The notes below the pieces were generated by a model that saw only the letters and a program-made list of their open reading frames with translations, had not been told where the DNA came from and did not search any database. The translations under genes and the position numbers were made by a program. From Guillardia theta CCMP2712 (Eukaryota; Protista; Cryptophyta), in contig NW_005434628.1 in NCBI RefSeq assembly GCF_000315625.1, forward strand, positions 164,606 to 228,605: a stretch of DNA of 64,000 nucleotides, written 5' to 3'. Below are positions 22,869-36,377 of this stretch, one piece after another (the first letter of the stretch is position 1; the number at the start of each line of letters is the position of its first letter).

Positions 22869-24479
22869 ATGCAGGATTTGCGAATGGGCGTAAACTTCTC
22901 CTCTTCACTTGCCGTGCTTGTCTTCCTCTGCTCCCTCCTCTTGCCCTTCGAAGCCGTATCAAATGCCCAGCAGCTTGAAGGAGCGACCGCTGGTGAGCGG
23001 GCCGTCACAAGATTGCTCAATCACGCCGATCAACGTTGCCCTGCCTTGTCCAGTGCGAAGTCTGACCAGCACCAGCAGGCGAACTGCTTCAGAGCAGCCA
23101 TTCTCTCCTGCCGAGTGTAGTGAAAGGCCCGTGCTCTCGGGTTGACCCTCGCAGCCATCTTGCAATCTCTTGTCATGCCTCCAACCTCAGCAGCCCTGTG
23201 ACCCAGAACGTCACTCGTGGTGCAGCGAAGTGGGAGGAGACCTTTGTTGTGATGAATCCGTGCAGCTGCATCGCGATTGGTGTCTGTTGGAGCTCAACGA
23301 GCAGCGCCTAGTTCAACCTCGACGGCTTCAGGTCTATCAGTTTTTCACCTGCATGGTTTACCACGCTCATCAAGAACGTTTCAGGCTCAAGTCAACCCCC
23401 GGGTGCAGGGAATGCAAGTAATGAAGAGCAAGTATCTCGCGTGAGACTCTCTCATGCAGACACTTGCGCTCCTCTGAAACCTGTCGGTCGGTTGCCAGAG
23501 GAAAGAAACCGCTTCCCAGACATGTCGATACCCCGAAGGTTGCACGCTCAGAGCCTCTTTCGGCCCTCAAGGTAAGTTGTGCCAAGTATGCTATCTTGTA
23601 CGCCCAGTGAGGTCTTGACACAGGCTGTGTGCCTCTGTCCTGCCACAAGCACAGGCAGGCAGGATTCGTGAACTTGAACTGTGCGCGGTGAGAGCTCCTA
23701 GTGTTGCGATGCCTCGGCTGACGCCGCACGGCTCAGCTGCTGCGAACCGGGTTGCTCAAGTACAGCATCCTACGGCACAGAACAAAGTAGGAAGATGATC
23801 CATTGTTCAAAGCACAGGAAGAAAGGCGAGACCTGCCTCCGGACGCACCTCTGTCAACACAGAAGCGGGTCCCCTCCGCCTCACCTGCTCTCTTCCATCG
23901 AAATGAACTCGCTGCGATCTCCAGATGCCTTCGGCGTGGGACCTTCATACAGCTGCTGCATCCTACAGGCAACGTCACTCAGGCAACTGGTACCCGACTG
24001 CTCCCTACCAGTCGAGAGCGTGCTGATGGTGCTGGTGCAGAGAAAATGTACTTCTGCTCCCTGCATCGTCCAGCCGGCATCGGCTGGCAGTTTGGAGTGG
24101 GAAGGTCTGTATGGACACTGGCACTTCGGGAACCGAACTTATTCATGCCTGCAGCATGTGTCAGGAGTCTGGATGCATCAAGCACGCCTCCTTCGGAGTG
24201 CCTGGGAGCAAGAAGGTTTGCAGGCGGTGGCTGTTGACTTGGTGCCAGTGATGATCCGTGAACATTTCAGGCTCTGTATTGCGTCTTACACAAGAAACAG
24301 AGTCATTCCAACGTGAAGAATCGAAGGTTCACAAACAGATCGGTCTACTTGACATGACCAAGTGCAGGTGCACTGCCGAAGGATGTCATTCCCTGGCGAC
24401 TTATGGAGAGATAGGTCATGGTCCGACTACATGCTACAGGCACCGGGATGAAACACATGTCAGATTCAAACGTGGTTGA
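22869..24479 (+). CDS. EsV-1-7-like Cys/His-rich repeat protein with an N-terminal hydrophobic segment
   Basis: Repeats CRYPEGCTLRASFG..SCHKHR, CCEPGCSSTASYG..HCSKHR, CQESGCIKHASFG..YCVLHK, CTAEGCHSLATYG..TCYRHR; leader LAVLVFLCSLLLPFEAVS. Confidence 0.8.
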
Positions 24480-24608
24480 GTACAATAGAAGCAATCATCA
24501 TGCCCTATGAAAATGTGATGTTAAATTTGAAATATGAGATCAGTGGACTCTTGGAATGTTCTCAAAAAAATTTATTGAATTTGCAACGACTAGACTTACA
24601 CAACGCGT

Positions 24609-25904
24609 TTACTTGCCGAGGATCTCCATGGCAGTCTTCTTCTCATCCGTCAACTCCTGCTCGGTGGCCTTCATCTTCTCCTTGGAGAAATCGTCGATCT
24701 CAAGACCCTCCTTGATAGTCCACTTGCCGTTGCTGTGAAAAACCAAGTTACACACAGGTCGAGCTACATGTCAATGTCTGTTACCTGCAAGAGACAGGGA
24801 AGGAATAAATAAGGCCATCAGCCACGCCATACTTGTTGCCAGTGGAGTCGACAGCCATGGACACGAACTGTCCAGCGGGAGTTCCGAGGAACCAGTCGTG
24901 CATGTGGTCGGAGATGGCCTGGGCAGCAGAGAGGGCAGAGGAGAGCTTGCGGGCAGCGATGATGGCAGCTCCTCTCTTCTGGATGCAGGGGATGAACTCG
25001 TTCTTGTACCACTCGTCGTTGTTGACGACCTCCTTGGCCTTCTTGCCTGCAGTGAAATGTGAGCACGAGGAGGAGCTAACAAGATTGTCCTTCACCGTTG
25101 ATGGTGGCAGCGTTGATGTCAGGGTACTGGGTGGAGGAGTGGTTGCCCCAGATGATGGAGTTCTGCACCTGCTCGACGGGAACGGAGGCCTTGATGGCAA
25201 GCTGGGCAATAGCACGGTTGTGGTCCAGACGGGTGAGAGCAGAGAAGTTCTCTGAGAAGACGAGGATCAGTGCCATCTCAACGCTAGCAAGGGGGAAGGA
25301 ATTCGAAGGAAGGAGCAGGATGAAAGAGCATGGTTCACTTACCCCTGGGGATGTTGGGGGCGCACTCGGCAGCGATCAAGCAGTTGGTGTTGGCAGGGTT
25401 TCCGACAACCAAAACCTTGACAGTCTTGCTAGCAACGGTGTTGAGCAACTCTCCCTGGCAGTCAACAGTCATAACAACTCAAACTTGGTGTTGCCTTTGC
25501 TAGATCACCTGCTCCTTGAAGATACCGCAGTTCTTCTCGAGGAGATCCTTGCGCTCCATACCGTCCTTGCGGGGGAAGGCTCCGAGCATGATCACGGCAT
25601 CAGCTCCAGTGAAGGCAACCTGAGCAGCCAGAATTCAGATTATGCATGTGAAAACGCGCTACTGGGTCACCTTGGCGTCTCCGGTGCAGACGACACCCTT
25701 GAGGAGAGGGTAGGTGGCATCCTCGAGCTCCATCTTGACTCCGTTGAGGGCGGTCTGAACTCCCTCGATGTTGAGATCAAGAAGGTGGAGCTTGACGGGC
25801 TGGTCGGGACCGAAGGTCTTGCCAGAGCACAAGTGGGGGAGGAGAGCATAGCCAATCTGGCCAGCGGCTCCGGTGATGCAGACAGTCATAACAGGCTTAG
25901 ACAT
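24609..25904 (-). CDS. MDH1: Cytosolic-type NAD-dependent malate dehydrogenase
   Basis: [82 protein letters not shown]. Confidence 0.97.
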
Positions 25905-27122
25905 GGTTTCGGAAACTGAAACAACATGAGTCAAGATCAAAAGCGATGAATAGTTTGAAGTGAGCAAAAAATGATATCGAAGCTCGATTGTTGCGATGGA
26001 GGAGAGTTCATATAATCAGGAAGAGAGTGTAACTATCACTTCACACGATTTGAGAAAAGCGAGATGCAATCAAAAAGCAATAAAACCAAAATGAGACACC
26101 TCAAATGAACAAGTTATTATTGCAGATTGGCACCAAGATTGCTCCAACGAGACCAGCGAACATATCAAATCAGTATGTCAGCAATCGGCAAACCAACAAA
26201 GTCAACACTGTTCCGAAATCCGCGATTTCACGGAGGTCCAAGTCATTTCACAACAGAGGCGGGAATGGGCTGAGAAGAAGAGATCGAGGAGAGAGGAACA
26301 TCTAGTGGAGGGGCGGGGAGAGCATGGAGGGAGCGCAGAACGAATCAGTGCTCTATCAGTTTGCAAGGGAGTAGTGTCCGGCATACAGCGAGGAGAGGAC
26401 GCGTGGCGACTCGTTTTAAAATTAAAATCTACGCCTCCCCCCCGTGTACCAGTAAAAGCTAAAACAGTTTTCTTAAAAAGTCATCCACGTCATGATCAGT
26501 ACAGATTTGTTACCGTGAAGAGGATTTCAATATTGAAGAGTTTTAAATATATATATCTGTAGCACAAATTCCTTTCTAGGTACAATCTCTCCTTTCCAGG
26601 GGGTGAGAAACAGCTTATATGTGTCACCTCTACACCCACCCTTCTGATAGTCTTTGCCCCTATCATTGACGGGTCTAGTAGAGCAAAGAGTCGTGGGTTA
26701 GAAATGATGTGTGCAACGGTACAACAAGCCTGATAGCAAATATTAAAAATAATTATAAATTCTATTGGGATTGCAAGAATATCCAAATCTCTGAAGAACA
26801 AATATAATAAAGTTTTGATGCTCAGGTACAACACAGTACAACCACATTTCTGTATTTAGGTTATCTTGGCAGGATTTTTGGATTTGGACACAATTGAGAA
26901 TTAACAATCTTGAAATATGAAGATCAATTTACAAATTATGTCAATAAAATTTCAAAATTAAAATGCCAATATCTGCTGGAACAGAGTTCTTGCGCCCCTT
27001 TCTGCTTCAACGTGTAACAAAAAAACAAAGAAAACAAAAAAAGAATGTGTAAAATGTTTTTTTCTTGTGGCCGATCATCCGGTCTTCCAGCATGCGCGGA
27101 TCCTTTTCTGTGTTGTACCACC

Positions 27123-29648
27123 ATGTCATGGTGGACCAGTATAGGGCGAGCATGGCTGGTGGCGGCCGTCGTTGCGACGATGCTAGCAGGGGGAGCAACA
27201 AGAGGAGGAGGGAGAGAAAGCAGGAGAAAAGATGATAGGTATGCATTGGTCGAGGAGAGCTGGGACATGTCCTGTCTTGGCCCGTGGGGGTACGAGGGTA
27301 ACAATGGTGGCAGAAACGGGAGCACTAAGGACCGATGCACCGAGGGGCTGGCGCTTCATGGGAGGGGACAGTGGGGACGAGCACTTGAGGTTGGAACGTC
27401 TGATCTTCGTGAGCAGCCTCTGAGCCATCGCTGCGGACAGGTGTTCGCAAGCGCAGTCGGAGACGCCCTGTCAAAGGGGCTCGCCGGGAGCGACGAGTAC
27501 CTGGTGGCAGCAGACTGCATCTTTGGAGCATCTCTCTCGCTCAACACTCTGGGTGAAAAGGGAGCCTCTCTGGCTTCATTCCGACTTTCTCAAAGGCTTC
27601 TGAAAGATACAGCCTTGGTTATCCCTTGCCTTGCCTGGTTTCTTCGTTTTACTGGTACTTGCAGGCCAAGGACTCGAAGCACGCTTCGGATTCCAACATG
27701 CAGACCTGCCGTGACATCTCATCGAGCAAGTCGAGCGATCCTTACATGGTGTGTGTAGACTGCACAACACCCTCGTACTGAACATGCTGCCAGTCGTGCG
27801 ATACTTTCCGATCTTTTGCGGATCTCCTGCACGACGCCCTGGATGGAGTAAACTGTCGGTTTCACCCTCAAGATGTCTTCGAGGTCAGTTGCAGCGAACA
27901 GATCCTCCTGGCAGAATCTGTGTCTTCTACTGCCACATCCAAGTTGCTGGCTGACGAGGGTCTTGATCGTGTCTTCAGGGTGCGGTGGTGTACGTGAACG
28001 CCCTGCTTCTTGAGGACTTCTTCGTGAACAAACATCCCTTCATCCGCAATAGATACATCCTTGTTACACACTGCAGGTCTTCCTTGTGCTGCCCCTTGGT
28101 GAACGGCTCACTCCTTGCCGTAGTGACGCAGGAGCACCGGGAGCGTTCGACGTGTACCTCGACGATCCGTAATGAAGTCAATGGGGGCGATTGTTCGTTC
28201 TCAAAGTGCACCATAGGCGCATCATCGCTTGGTTCGCACAGAACCCTGACCTCTCACATCATCAGAAGCTGCATCCGCTACCGATTGGTTGACAAGCTCT
28301 GCCGACAAGTGTCGGATCGCTCACTGGCTGTGCATGCAGGTCTGGCAAACCGCCAGTATCCCCATGGAGACATAGAGGCGGTAAGGGCTGCTCCTTGCGG
28401 TGTTTCATCCTGGTCAAGTTTGCGGCTCGTCGCAGGTCTCGCGCGTCCGCAGACAATATGCTGATGGTCAGAAAACCGGTGAGGGGGGATGAGGTTGGAG
28501 AGAGTACAGTGAGATGAAGTGTCAGGGTGGTTGTACGTGAACATCAACGAGCAGACGAGTGGGGATAGGAAACGAGCTTTGCAAAGTACAATTCTTGACA
28601 ATCTTTCTCTCTCCTCCTCCGCCCCATTGGTCCCTCCTTCCCCTCCCCCTCCCTTTTCTCCTTGTACTTTTGACAACATCCTCTCCTCTCCTCATCTCAC
28701 CACCATGTTGTAGTCCTCAAGGGGAAATCATTCGTGACGCTGGCTTCCAACTTGCCTTACGAGGAGTATCTGCGGGATCTAGCAAGGTGCGGCAGCTTTC
28801 ATAGATGCCATCTCTCCTTTCCTTGACGCGCCTGATGCGATGAGCGCAGGCACAGATTCGTTTTATGCCCTGCAGGCAACGGCCTAGACACGCACAGTAA
28901 GAAGAGATTGGAGGGCGAACGGGGCAGAGGAGTTTTTGTTATGTGTATGTGTGTGTGAGGGGGGGGGGGTGAGGACAAGAAGGTTCGGGCGGTTTGCCAG
29001 AATTATGTAAGATAATGGTCAGGGACATGGGAATCGTTGCTAATGGGCTCTGTGCCGATCGTGGCAAGCTCTCCGATGGATTCGCTTTTCCGTTTTCTCC
29101 CGGTGAGGAGGGAAAATCTCACCGTCGCTCCTGACCCCCCGCAAAGGTTCTGATTGTGGATGATTGGGATGAGATCACCTTGAATCTGCTCGAATCAAGT
29201 CTGCCTTGCCTCCCGTGCTCGCAGCTCACAGATCTTGACGGTGCTGTCAGGTTGGGAGAAAATCTCGTCTGCTATAGCACAAGGTATCCGTACCTGTGCC
29301 TTGCTCTCTTGAAACTGTTCTGACGTTCCTCCCCTTTTTCTCCTCTGTTCTGAATCCCTCGTCCCTTCTCCTCCTCTTCCTTCTCTCGCTCTTCGTATCC
29401 ACAACGCCCTCACCACCCGCAGTCAGCAACAAGGTAGAGAATGATGGTCAAGAATCTGCATCGCTCACCCTGAGCAGGAGGCCCGTGATCGACCCGAGGG
29501 CTTCTTCGACTTCGCCCCACTCTTTGCAGGTGATCCTGTAAAACGGATAGCAGTGCCGCTGTTCTCATCTTCATATGCAGACTACTGGTCAGCCGCTTTC
29601 AGAAATGGAGCCCCAGAACACGCGATGGGATTGAGCCCACAGAGCTAA
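27123..29648 (+). CDS. Exostosin/GT47-like glycosyltransferase with a signal peptide/anchor
   Basis: Leader AWLVAAVVATMLAGG; KLHPLPIG|LANR; HRFVLCPAGNGLDTHR|TWESLLMGSVPIV..LP|VLIVDDWDEIT; FDFAPLFADYW. Confidence 0.8.
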
Positions 29649-29844
29649 TCTCTTCTTCTTCCTCTGCCACCTTAAAGTTCCATCCACCCCAGCCCGATGG
29701 CATTTTCTCCATCCTCAGGATGTCATGCTGGGCTAGAGGCTGTATCATAGTGATAACAATCGCCGGTTTGTTGTCAGACCTCCTAACGACGTGTGTCAGT
29801 CTTGCTATTAGCAAACTTTTATTGTCCATAAACGATTCAATCAG

Positions 29845-30040
29845 ACTGAGTCTTGTACGACTTTACCGTCAGTGACTCGTACGGACAGCCGCCAGACATT
29901 TGCAAACGGACCCTGACTGCCCGGAATTTCACCCGGGCTCCGGTCACTGTCGGAACTAGCCGCCGGCCCGGGGCCTCCGAGTGACTTCAGCCGGCCCCCG
30001 CAGCTGAGCCGCTGGCACTCAGGACTGCCTCGGAGTTTGT
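29845..30040. other. GC-rich intergenic island (type A)
   Basis: Same CCGG/GAGT/ACTC vocabulary; immediately upstream of the ATG at 30090. Confidence 0.5.
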
Positions 30041-30089
30041 CTTATCTTTGTGGCTATGGGGCTATTGCCCAGTCACATCTAAAGGGAGA

Positions 30090-31176
30090 ATGGCGCCGCG
30101 CCCAATGGCGGCGCTGGCAGCTGGGCTTCTGTTGGCGATGGCGCAGGAGTGTGCAGGCTTCAGTGGAGGAGCCATGGCTCCTCTTGGTTGTAGTGCAGGT
30201 GTGAGGAGAGAAGCGAAAAGAATGCCTCCATGGCTCATGGCTTTGCAGGTTTGCGATCAGCAAGGATGGAGATGGGAGCGGCGAACGCAGGGAAGGGATG
30301 CGAACGGAGGAAATTTCTGCAGACGACCTTGGTGAACGCCGGATTCACACTTGCAGGGTTTGCCAGCAAGGTAAGCAGAAGCCTCAGCGTCCACATGCTT
30401 CCTGAAGGCGCATGCTGACGGCTGAGAGCTGCGGGGGTTGTAAGTGAGGCATGTTGGCAGGTAGGAGCTGAGCAGACCGCAAGGAGTGAGGACAAGAAGC
30501 TGATTGACATCTCGGACGAGGAATTCAAGAGCAAACTCCGGGAGGACGTTGTCAAGAATCAGTTCATGGTTACCCAAAAGTTCGTTTGTGCAGCGCAGAT
30601 TGTAAGATTCAACAGGTGACGGGCGCGCTCACTCGATCTCTGTACGATGAGAAGTGCACATTCACGGACGAGATTGACACTTACACGCTCGAGAAATGGT
30701 GAGAAAGATGATGATGCAAGCCAGGAGGTTGTTGTTGAGGTGTTTGGTTGAAGGATGGATGGAACGGCGAAGCTCTTCCAGAACGATTACAGTGAGCACC
30801 GATCAGCGCAATGTTTCTTTGCTGCTCTTCCTGAGCATATTTTCATTCAGGTAAGATGGAGCTCGACGGAGACATCCAGGTCAATAAGGACGGAGCAACC
30901 TTCAAGTTCAAGGAGCAGCTCATGTTCAACATCCCCATCCTAAAGCCAAAGGTAACTACCACCTTGCATGTACCAGCGGTCAGCGAGGTTTGAAGTGAAT
31001 GTGTGCAGGTGCCATTGACGGGCAAGCTGATCCTGACGAGAGGGAGCGATGGGTTGATCACTAGCTACCGCGAGGTCTGGGACCAGCCTGTGAGAATCTC
31101 TTTCTCTGCTTTTACTAGACATGTGACAACCCCGTGCTAGGTCTGGAAGGTGCTGACCTCCGCGAGTTTCTTTTGA
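30090..31176 (+). CDS. Plastid (possibly thylakoid-lumen) NTF2/SnoaL-like, DUF2358-type protein
   Basis: Signal peptide ending CAG|F (Phe at +1), transit peptide, Tat-like ERRKFL + hydrophobic stretch; mature part QFMV|TG..LYDEKCTFTD..YREVWDQP|VWKVL. Confidence 0.75.
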
Positions 31177-32880
31177 TGAGCCACTGAGAGTAGAGCTCCA
31201 TGGATGGAGATGATGATGGAGTCTGTATGTGTGAGATGAGATCCTGCACTCTCTTCTTGATCATCAGTTGCTCCTCCCGCATCTGCTGTATCTTAGCCAC
31301 CAGCGCGTCTCTCCCCTGGTCCTCCCGGCGCTCAGCAGGAGAGTTCGCGGCTTGCCGGCAGAGCTTGTCTTTCGAGGCATCACAGTCATGTCTGTCCTCG
31401 CCACGGCCTGACGTCACATCTCCCCGCTGGCTCCTGTAACCCGCAAGCTGGTCGAGCACGTCCCTTGCAAGAGTCTCCCGATGAGACGCCGAGACCGCTG
31501 GGTCTACCCTGTGAACGACTCGACTTGTATAGGCCGGGCTGGTCTGTGGACGATGGCCGAAGTTCTGGGCTGTGACGGTGGTAGAAGAGGTGTTGGAAGG
31601 CTGAATGGAATGATCAGGGTGACTGTGTTTGTCATGCCTGAACTTGGCTTCCTGCTTCTCTTGTAGATCATTCAGGAACTGGAGCCAACCCTGCTTCTCT
31701 TGCAGAGTCTCAGCATAGAAGATACGGACCTGTGCAAGCGGCAGTGAGCAAGATCGAGAAGGAGAAGGAGAAGCAGAAGGAGACATAAACTTTGTAGAAG
31801 ACATTGCAAGAAGAGGAGAAAGAAATAGGAGTGAGGAGAGGAAGGAGGGGGCTAGAGTCTGGGGGCCAGCAGTAGCAGCAGCAGCAGCAGCAGCACCTGA
31901 GGAGACGATTGAGGAGTCTCTCTAGTGACGAGCTTGAACGTCTTCTCATGGTGCGGCAAGAACTCGTTGAACTTGTAGCTGGTGGTCGAGAAGGACACCA
32001 GGTACTCCTCCGACTTTATCAGCCTGTCGCTCATGTCCACCACGTTGAAGATCTTCAGCTCCACGTCCTGGGGGACGTCGGGCTGGTTGGCGGAGGCTCG
32101 ACACCGGAGCACGCAGTCGGGGGTCACGTAGAAGAACTGCTTCCTCCACCGCAAGTCCATGAAGCTCTGAAACCACAGGAAGCCTCGCATAAGCATCGCC
32201 AGCTGCGGGCTCTTGTTCTGTAGCCTCCTGATCTCAATCCCCTGCCTTGCCCTGAGCTCCATCTCCCATCTCTCATCCAGCGGCTGTCCGACCCTCACCA
32301 GCCTCATTCTCTTCCCAAGAGGAGTGGTAGGATCCACATTCCTCACGGGCTTTTTCAGAAAGATTTCAAGCTCATGCCGGAGCTGTTCCTCCCACTCCGC
32401 GATCCTCGACCGATCGTTCTCTTGCAACGTTGCCTCCTCTTCCTTTTCCTCCTCTCCTCCTCTTACTTGGCTGTCTGCGGTCGAGTCCGTATCTTCAGTC
32501 TCATCCTCCGCCAGTTCCGACGTGTCCAGCAACTCATCGTCCAAGTCCGACATGCTCTCTGCCTCCTGCACGGTGCTGACGCTCTCCCCAAGGCTGACTT
32601 CGCTGGTGCCACTCTGAGGAGACGAGCTCCTGATCTCCTTGAGCGTTGAGCTGAGTTGGTCTCTCGAAGAAATCCTCTTCCTCCTCCTCCTGATCTTCTC
32701 CTCCTTCCTAGGAGGTGCTGTGCTCCGGTTCTTGTCTCTTGCCTTGAAGCGCGATGCTGGTACCTGCGCGCTCATTGGACGCGAGCTGAGAAACTCCTGC
32801 GGAGGCTCAGCTGGAGCTAACTTGGCGCTGATGGGCCTTCCCCGATGGATATCCCGCAGCTTCCGCATGAAGCCAGGCAT
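31115..32880 (-). CDS. PH-domain protein with a C-terminal coiled coil; 5' end uncertain
   Basis: MRGFLWFQ..RWRKQFFYVT..FKLVT..|VRIFYAETLQEKQGWLQFL is a canonical PH pattern. Confidence 0.75.
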
Positions 32881-33645
32881 GACCGTGTACCGTCTCTTGG
32901 GAAGGGGGAGGAGAAGTAGGAAGGAGAGCTGAAGAGGGAAACTTCTCGTGTGTTGTGACTATGGATGTATGCCGGGATGGCCCAATTCCATCAGGCTGGC
33001 ATGAGGATGTTTCTTCTGGCAAGAGAAGTTAGCAATCAAATATGCTGCGTATGAAAGTTATTCTCTCAGAGTTTCCCCTTCTATTCTCTCCCTCCATCGC
33101 AGCCCTTGGAAGTTCTCAGGCTACGTACTCTATCTCTCCTCCTCTCCCTCCTCTCCCCCCCCTCCCTCCTCTCTCCCTCTCTTGTCCATTCCTTTCTCCA
33201 GCTTCTTTCCCTTCCCCATGTACCGTCGCATGCTACTTCTCCTCAGTCCACTACTGTCGGGCCATGCGGCCGTTGGGAAATTGCATGCGAATTTAATCGG
33301 TTGAATCCAGTCTGGTGAGTCAAATCGGTTCAGTTCAGCTGTGCATCAGGTTTTTATGTGACAGATGGCGGGAAAAATGTTGAAGGCGACAGACGGAAGG
33401 AGGGGAAGGAGACGGGGGGAGGGAAGGAATGGAGGAAGAGGAGGGGAGAGAAGAGGAAGGAGAGGAAGGAGAGGGAGGAGAGCAGGGAGAGCAGGGAGAG
33501 CAGGGAGAGCAGGGAGCGGAATCGAAGGAGGAGGAAGAAGGGAAGGAGTGAACGTTGTCGGGCAGTAAGAGCAGATGAGAGCATGCTCTGCAGCTTGTAT
33601 TGTTGAGCATGTCAAGGACGTTGATGAGGGGAGTAGGTTCGAAGG

Positions 33646-35900
33646 ATGGCAGCGTCGTCGTCATGTAGCTGGACTGCCCTATCAACAGACATCTACGTCA
33701 AGATCTTCTCGCAACTGAGCCCTCACGACACCCCCCGGTGTGCCTTGGTGTGCTCGTACTGGAAGAACGCGGCGAATGAGGATAGCCTGTGGAGGGGCTT
33801 CTGCGGCAGCCACTCTCCTCCGTTCGTCTGGCGGGGGGAACCAGAGAGGACTGCTCTGACAACGTGGAAGAACCTCTTCAAGGCGAGGGACACTTGCTTC
33901 AGCGACAGAGTAGGGAAGAAGAGGTGAGGGCAGGGGAGCATCCCTTTCCGCCCTGAGACGTGCTGCAGGGCGATCTCATTGCCGCTGAGAATGCAGGGAG
34001 GATACGTCAGGTTGCTATGCTCGATGTCAGCAGCAGCTCAGATGCTTGCCGCAGGTGCATGGTGGTGGAAGAACCCTTCCTGGTGTGTGGGAGCGAGAAT
34101 GGAATGGTGACGTTGTTCTCATACGAGAAGCTCCGGTGAGGGTGCAAGAAGAGAACTGAGATGGTGTTTGATAACTTGGTCTTCTACAGAGCAAGTTTCG
34201 ATGGTATGAAGGAGTGCAAGCCTCTGTGTGTGATCAAGGAGCAATCGCAATGGGTGTACTCTGTTTGTGCTCAGATCAAGGAGGGGAATTCATCTCACCC
34301 ATCCATCCTGATTGCCAGTGGGAGCAGAGATATGACAGGTTGTGCATGCCATGACAAACGTTGGCCTTGGCTTCCGCCTCACGGCGACAACAGCTCAGTT
34401 GTACGAGGTGTCAACCAAGGACGGTGTCAAGTACAAGCACGAGATTCTGAATGTCTTTCATGGTCACAAGGACTGGATTGCACATGTGTCTTGGACTCAT
34501 GACAGGTAGTTCTACTCACTTGAAGAGGTTGGAGAGTGAGGTTATGTTCCAGGAATGCACTGATCAGCGCTGGAAACGATGGGATGGTGAGACGAAGCAG
34601 CAAGAAAGGAACAAAGGATGCTCACGAACTTTCTAGCTGTTTGTTTGGGACTTCACCAAGAAGAAGGAGAGAGGGATGGTGCAAGTCGAGACTGGCATCT
34701 GGTGGCTTGAACTTAACAAGTTTGTGTTGTTCTTGATCATGTAGGGTCGGCCGTTCTCACAGTGACTGCAGGCAGAAGGAAGATGAGATTGTCCTGAGCA
34801 AAGCCAACGACACCGTTGAAGTTGTTTTATCCTCGTCTGCTCCAGATGAATTCCGTTGACAGCGCTGCAGATTGTGAATTATGTGAAGTTTGAAAGAGTC
34901 CGTAGGATCCAGTTCGGAGATGAGTTGGACTTTAGAACCTACGGGTACCTCGATGTGTTTGCTAGACCGCTTTCCTCTGATGTTCTTTGTTCTGGATGTC
35001 AACGCAGCTGCTTTGTTTCGTTTGTCCTGCCTTCGATGGTGCTAGCGGGGATAAACAATTCCGTTGTTGCCATGAATGCGGTAAGAAGACATGTGGCAAT
35101 GTAAAGAAGAAAGTCTTTGCAGGCGAGGAGTATGTGTAGATAACTAGAGATTCCGCCGTTGGATTTCTGATTGCGCTCATGGTTGACTTGGAATCGGAGG
35201 AAAGGAGTGAGGAGGGCAGGGTTCGAAGGAGTGAGGAGGGATAGAGTCGAAGGGGCTCCATCTCAGTTGTAACCTTTGAGTTGTTCATGTGCTGTTTGCT
35301 TCACGTCTCAACTGATCACGCTAATTTGGGAGGGGGCTCTTTTAAGATATAACAGATTGGTTGAACGTCTCTTTGCAGGCTGGGGAGGAGTTGTATAAAG
35401 TGTCGGGGATGGAGACATGGCTGTTGAGAATCTCAGAAGACGGACAGGTCAGTCCACACGATTCGTTCCATCTCCTCCCTTCCAATCTCTTTTCCCCTTT
35501 CCCTCCACCTTCTTGTTTCTCACCTTGGTCTATGGGACAGACGGGGGTATGCCTGAGCAACAGAAAATCTAAGATGACAGTGTTCAACATCAAAGAGTAC
35601 ATCCCTCAACCTCCTTTCCTTGCTCGCCTCTGAACTTCACGCTCAGCGGCAGCTTGGTCACCCCGCCGATGTCGATGCCGATATCGGAGAGGCGACAGAG
35701 TTACGAGCTGTCAGAGGTAGTGTGGAGATGTTCGACCTGCTGCGGCTGAGCTGTAGGACCAGGAGGAAACTGCCCCCCTCTATGTGTTTCATCAATTCTC
35801 GTGCGGCTGCTTCTGGTGGGACGAGAAGGTAAAGGAGAAGAGGACGTGGATGAAGGCGATGGTGTGCTTGAATGTGATTTGAAGATCATCGCTGGTTTTT
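33646..35900 (+). CDS. F-box / WD40-repeat protein; 3' end approximate
   Basis: F-box LSTDIYVKIFSQLSPHDTPRCALVCSYWKNAANEDSLW; WD40 pieces IASGSRDMT, FHGHKDWIAHVSW, LISAGNDG. Confidence 0.85.
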
Positions 35901-35939
35901 AAAATCTGATGTCTCTAATCTCGATGATGGCGATACTGC

Positions 35940-35971
<32 letters not shown>

Positions 35972-36377
35972 ATGATGCTGATGCTGATGCTAAGATGCAC
36001 GGATTCGGCAAAGTTGCATGCAATCTCTCACCATCGTCCTGACTCGACTCATTCCTTGGCAGAGAGCGCAAGTGATCATCGGAGGGGTGGAGAAGGGAAG
36101 AGGAGACGGTGAGGGCTGATCGAGAGAGAGCAGTGCGAGCATGACGACTTGCAGGATGCATCCTCGTGATTTCCTTCTGATGATCTCGACGAGCAAATTC
36201 CTTCCTGTTTATTCGGTCTCTTCCTTGTCCTTGCAGCCAAACCGCTCGCTCTCCAGAGACATCCTCCTGCTCCTCCTGCTTCTCCTGCTCCTTTTATAGC
36301 TCTGCTCCCTCCCCGCTCATCCCCATCCTCCTCCTCCTGCTCCTCCTCCTCATCATCATCATTTTCTCCTCATGATC

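Noticed and set aside
25098-25919. 273-aa + strand ORF
   Set aside because: Antisense shadow of the codon-biased MDH gene.
27180-27215. ATRGGG in the GT47 leader as a third LRGG motif
   Set aside because: Lacks the Leu, directly abuts the hydrophobic segment, and the protein is a plausible ordinary secretory enzyme.
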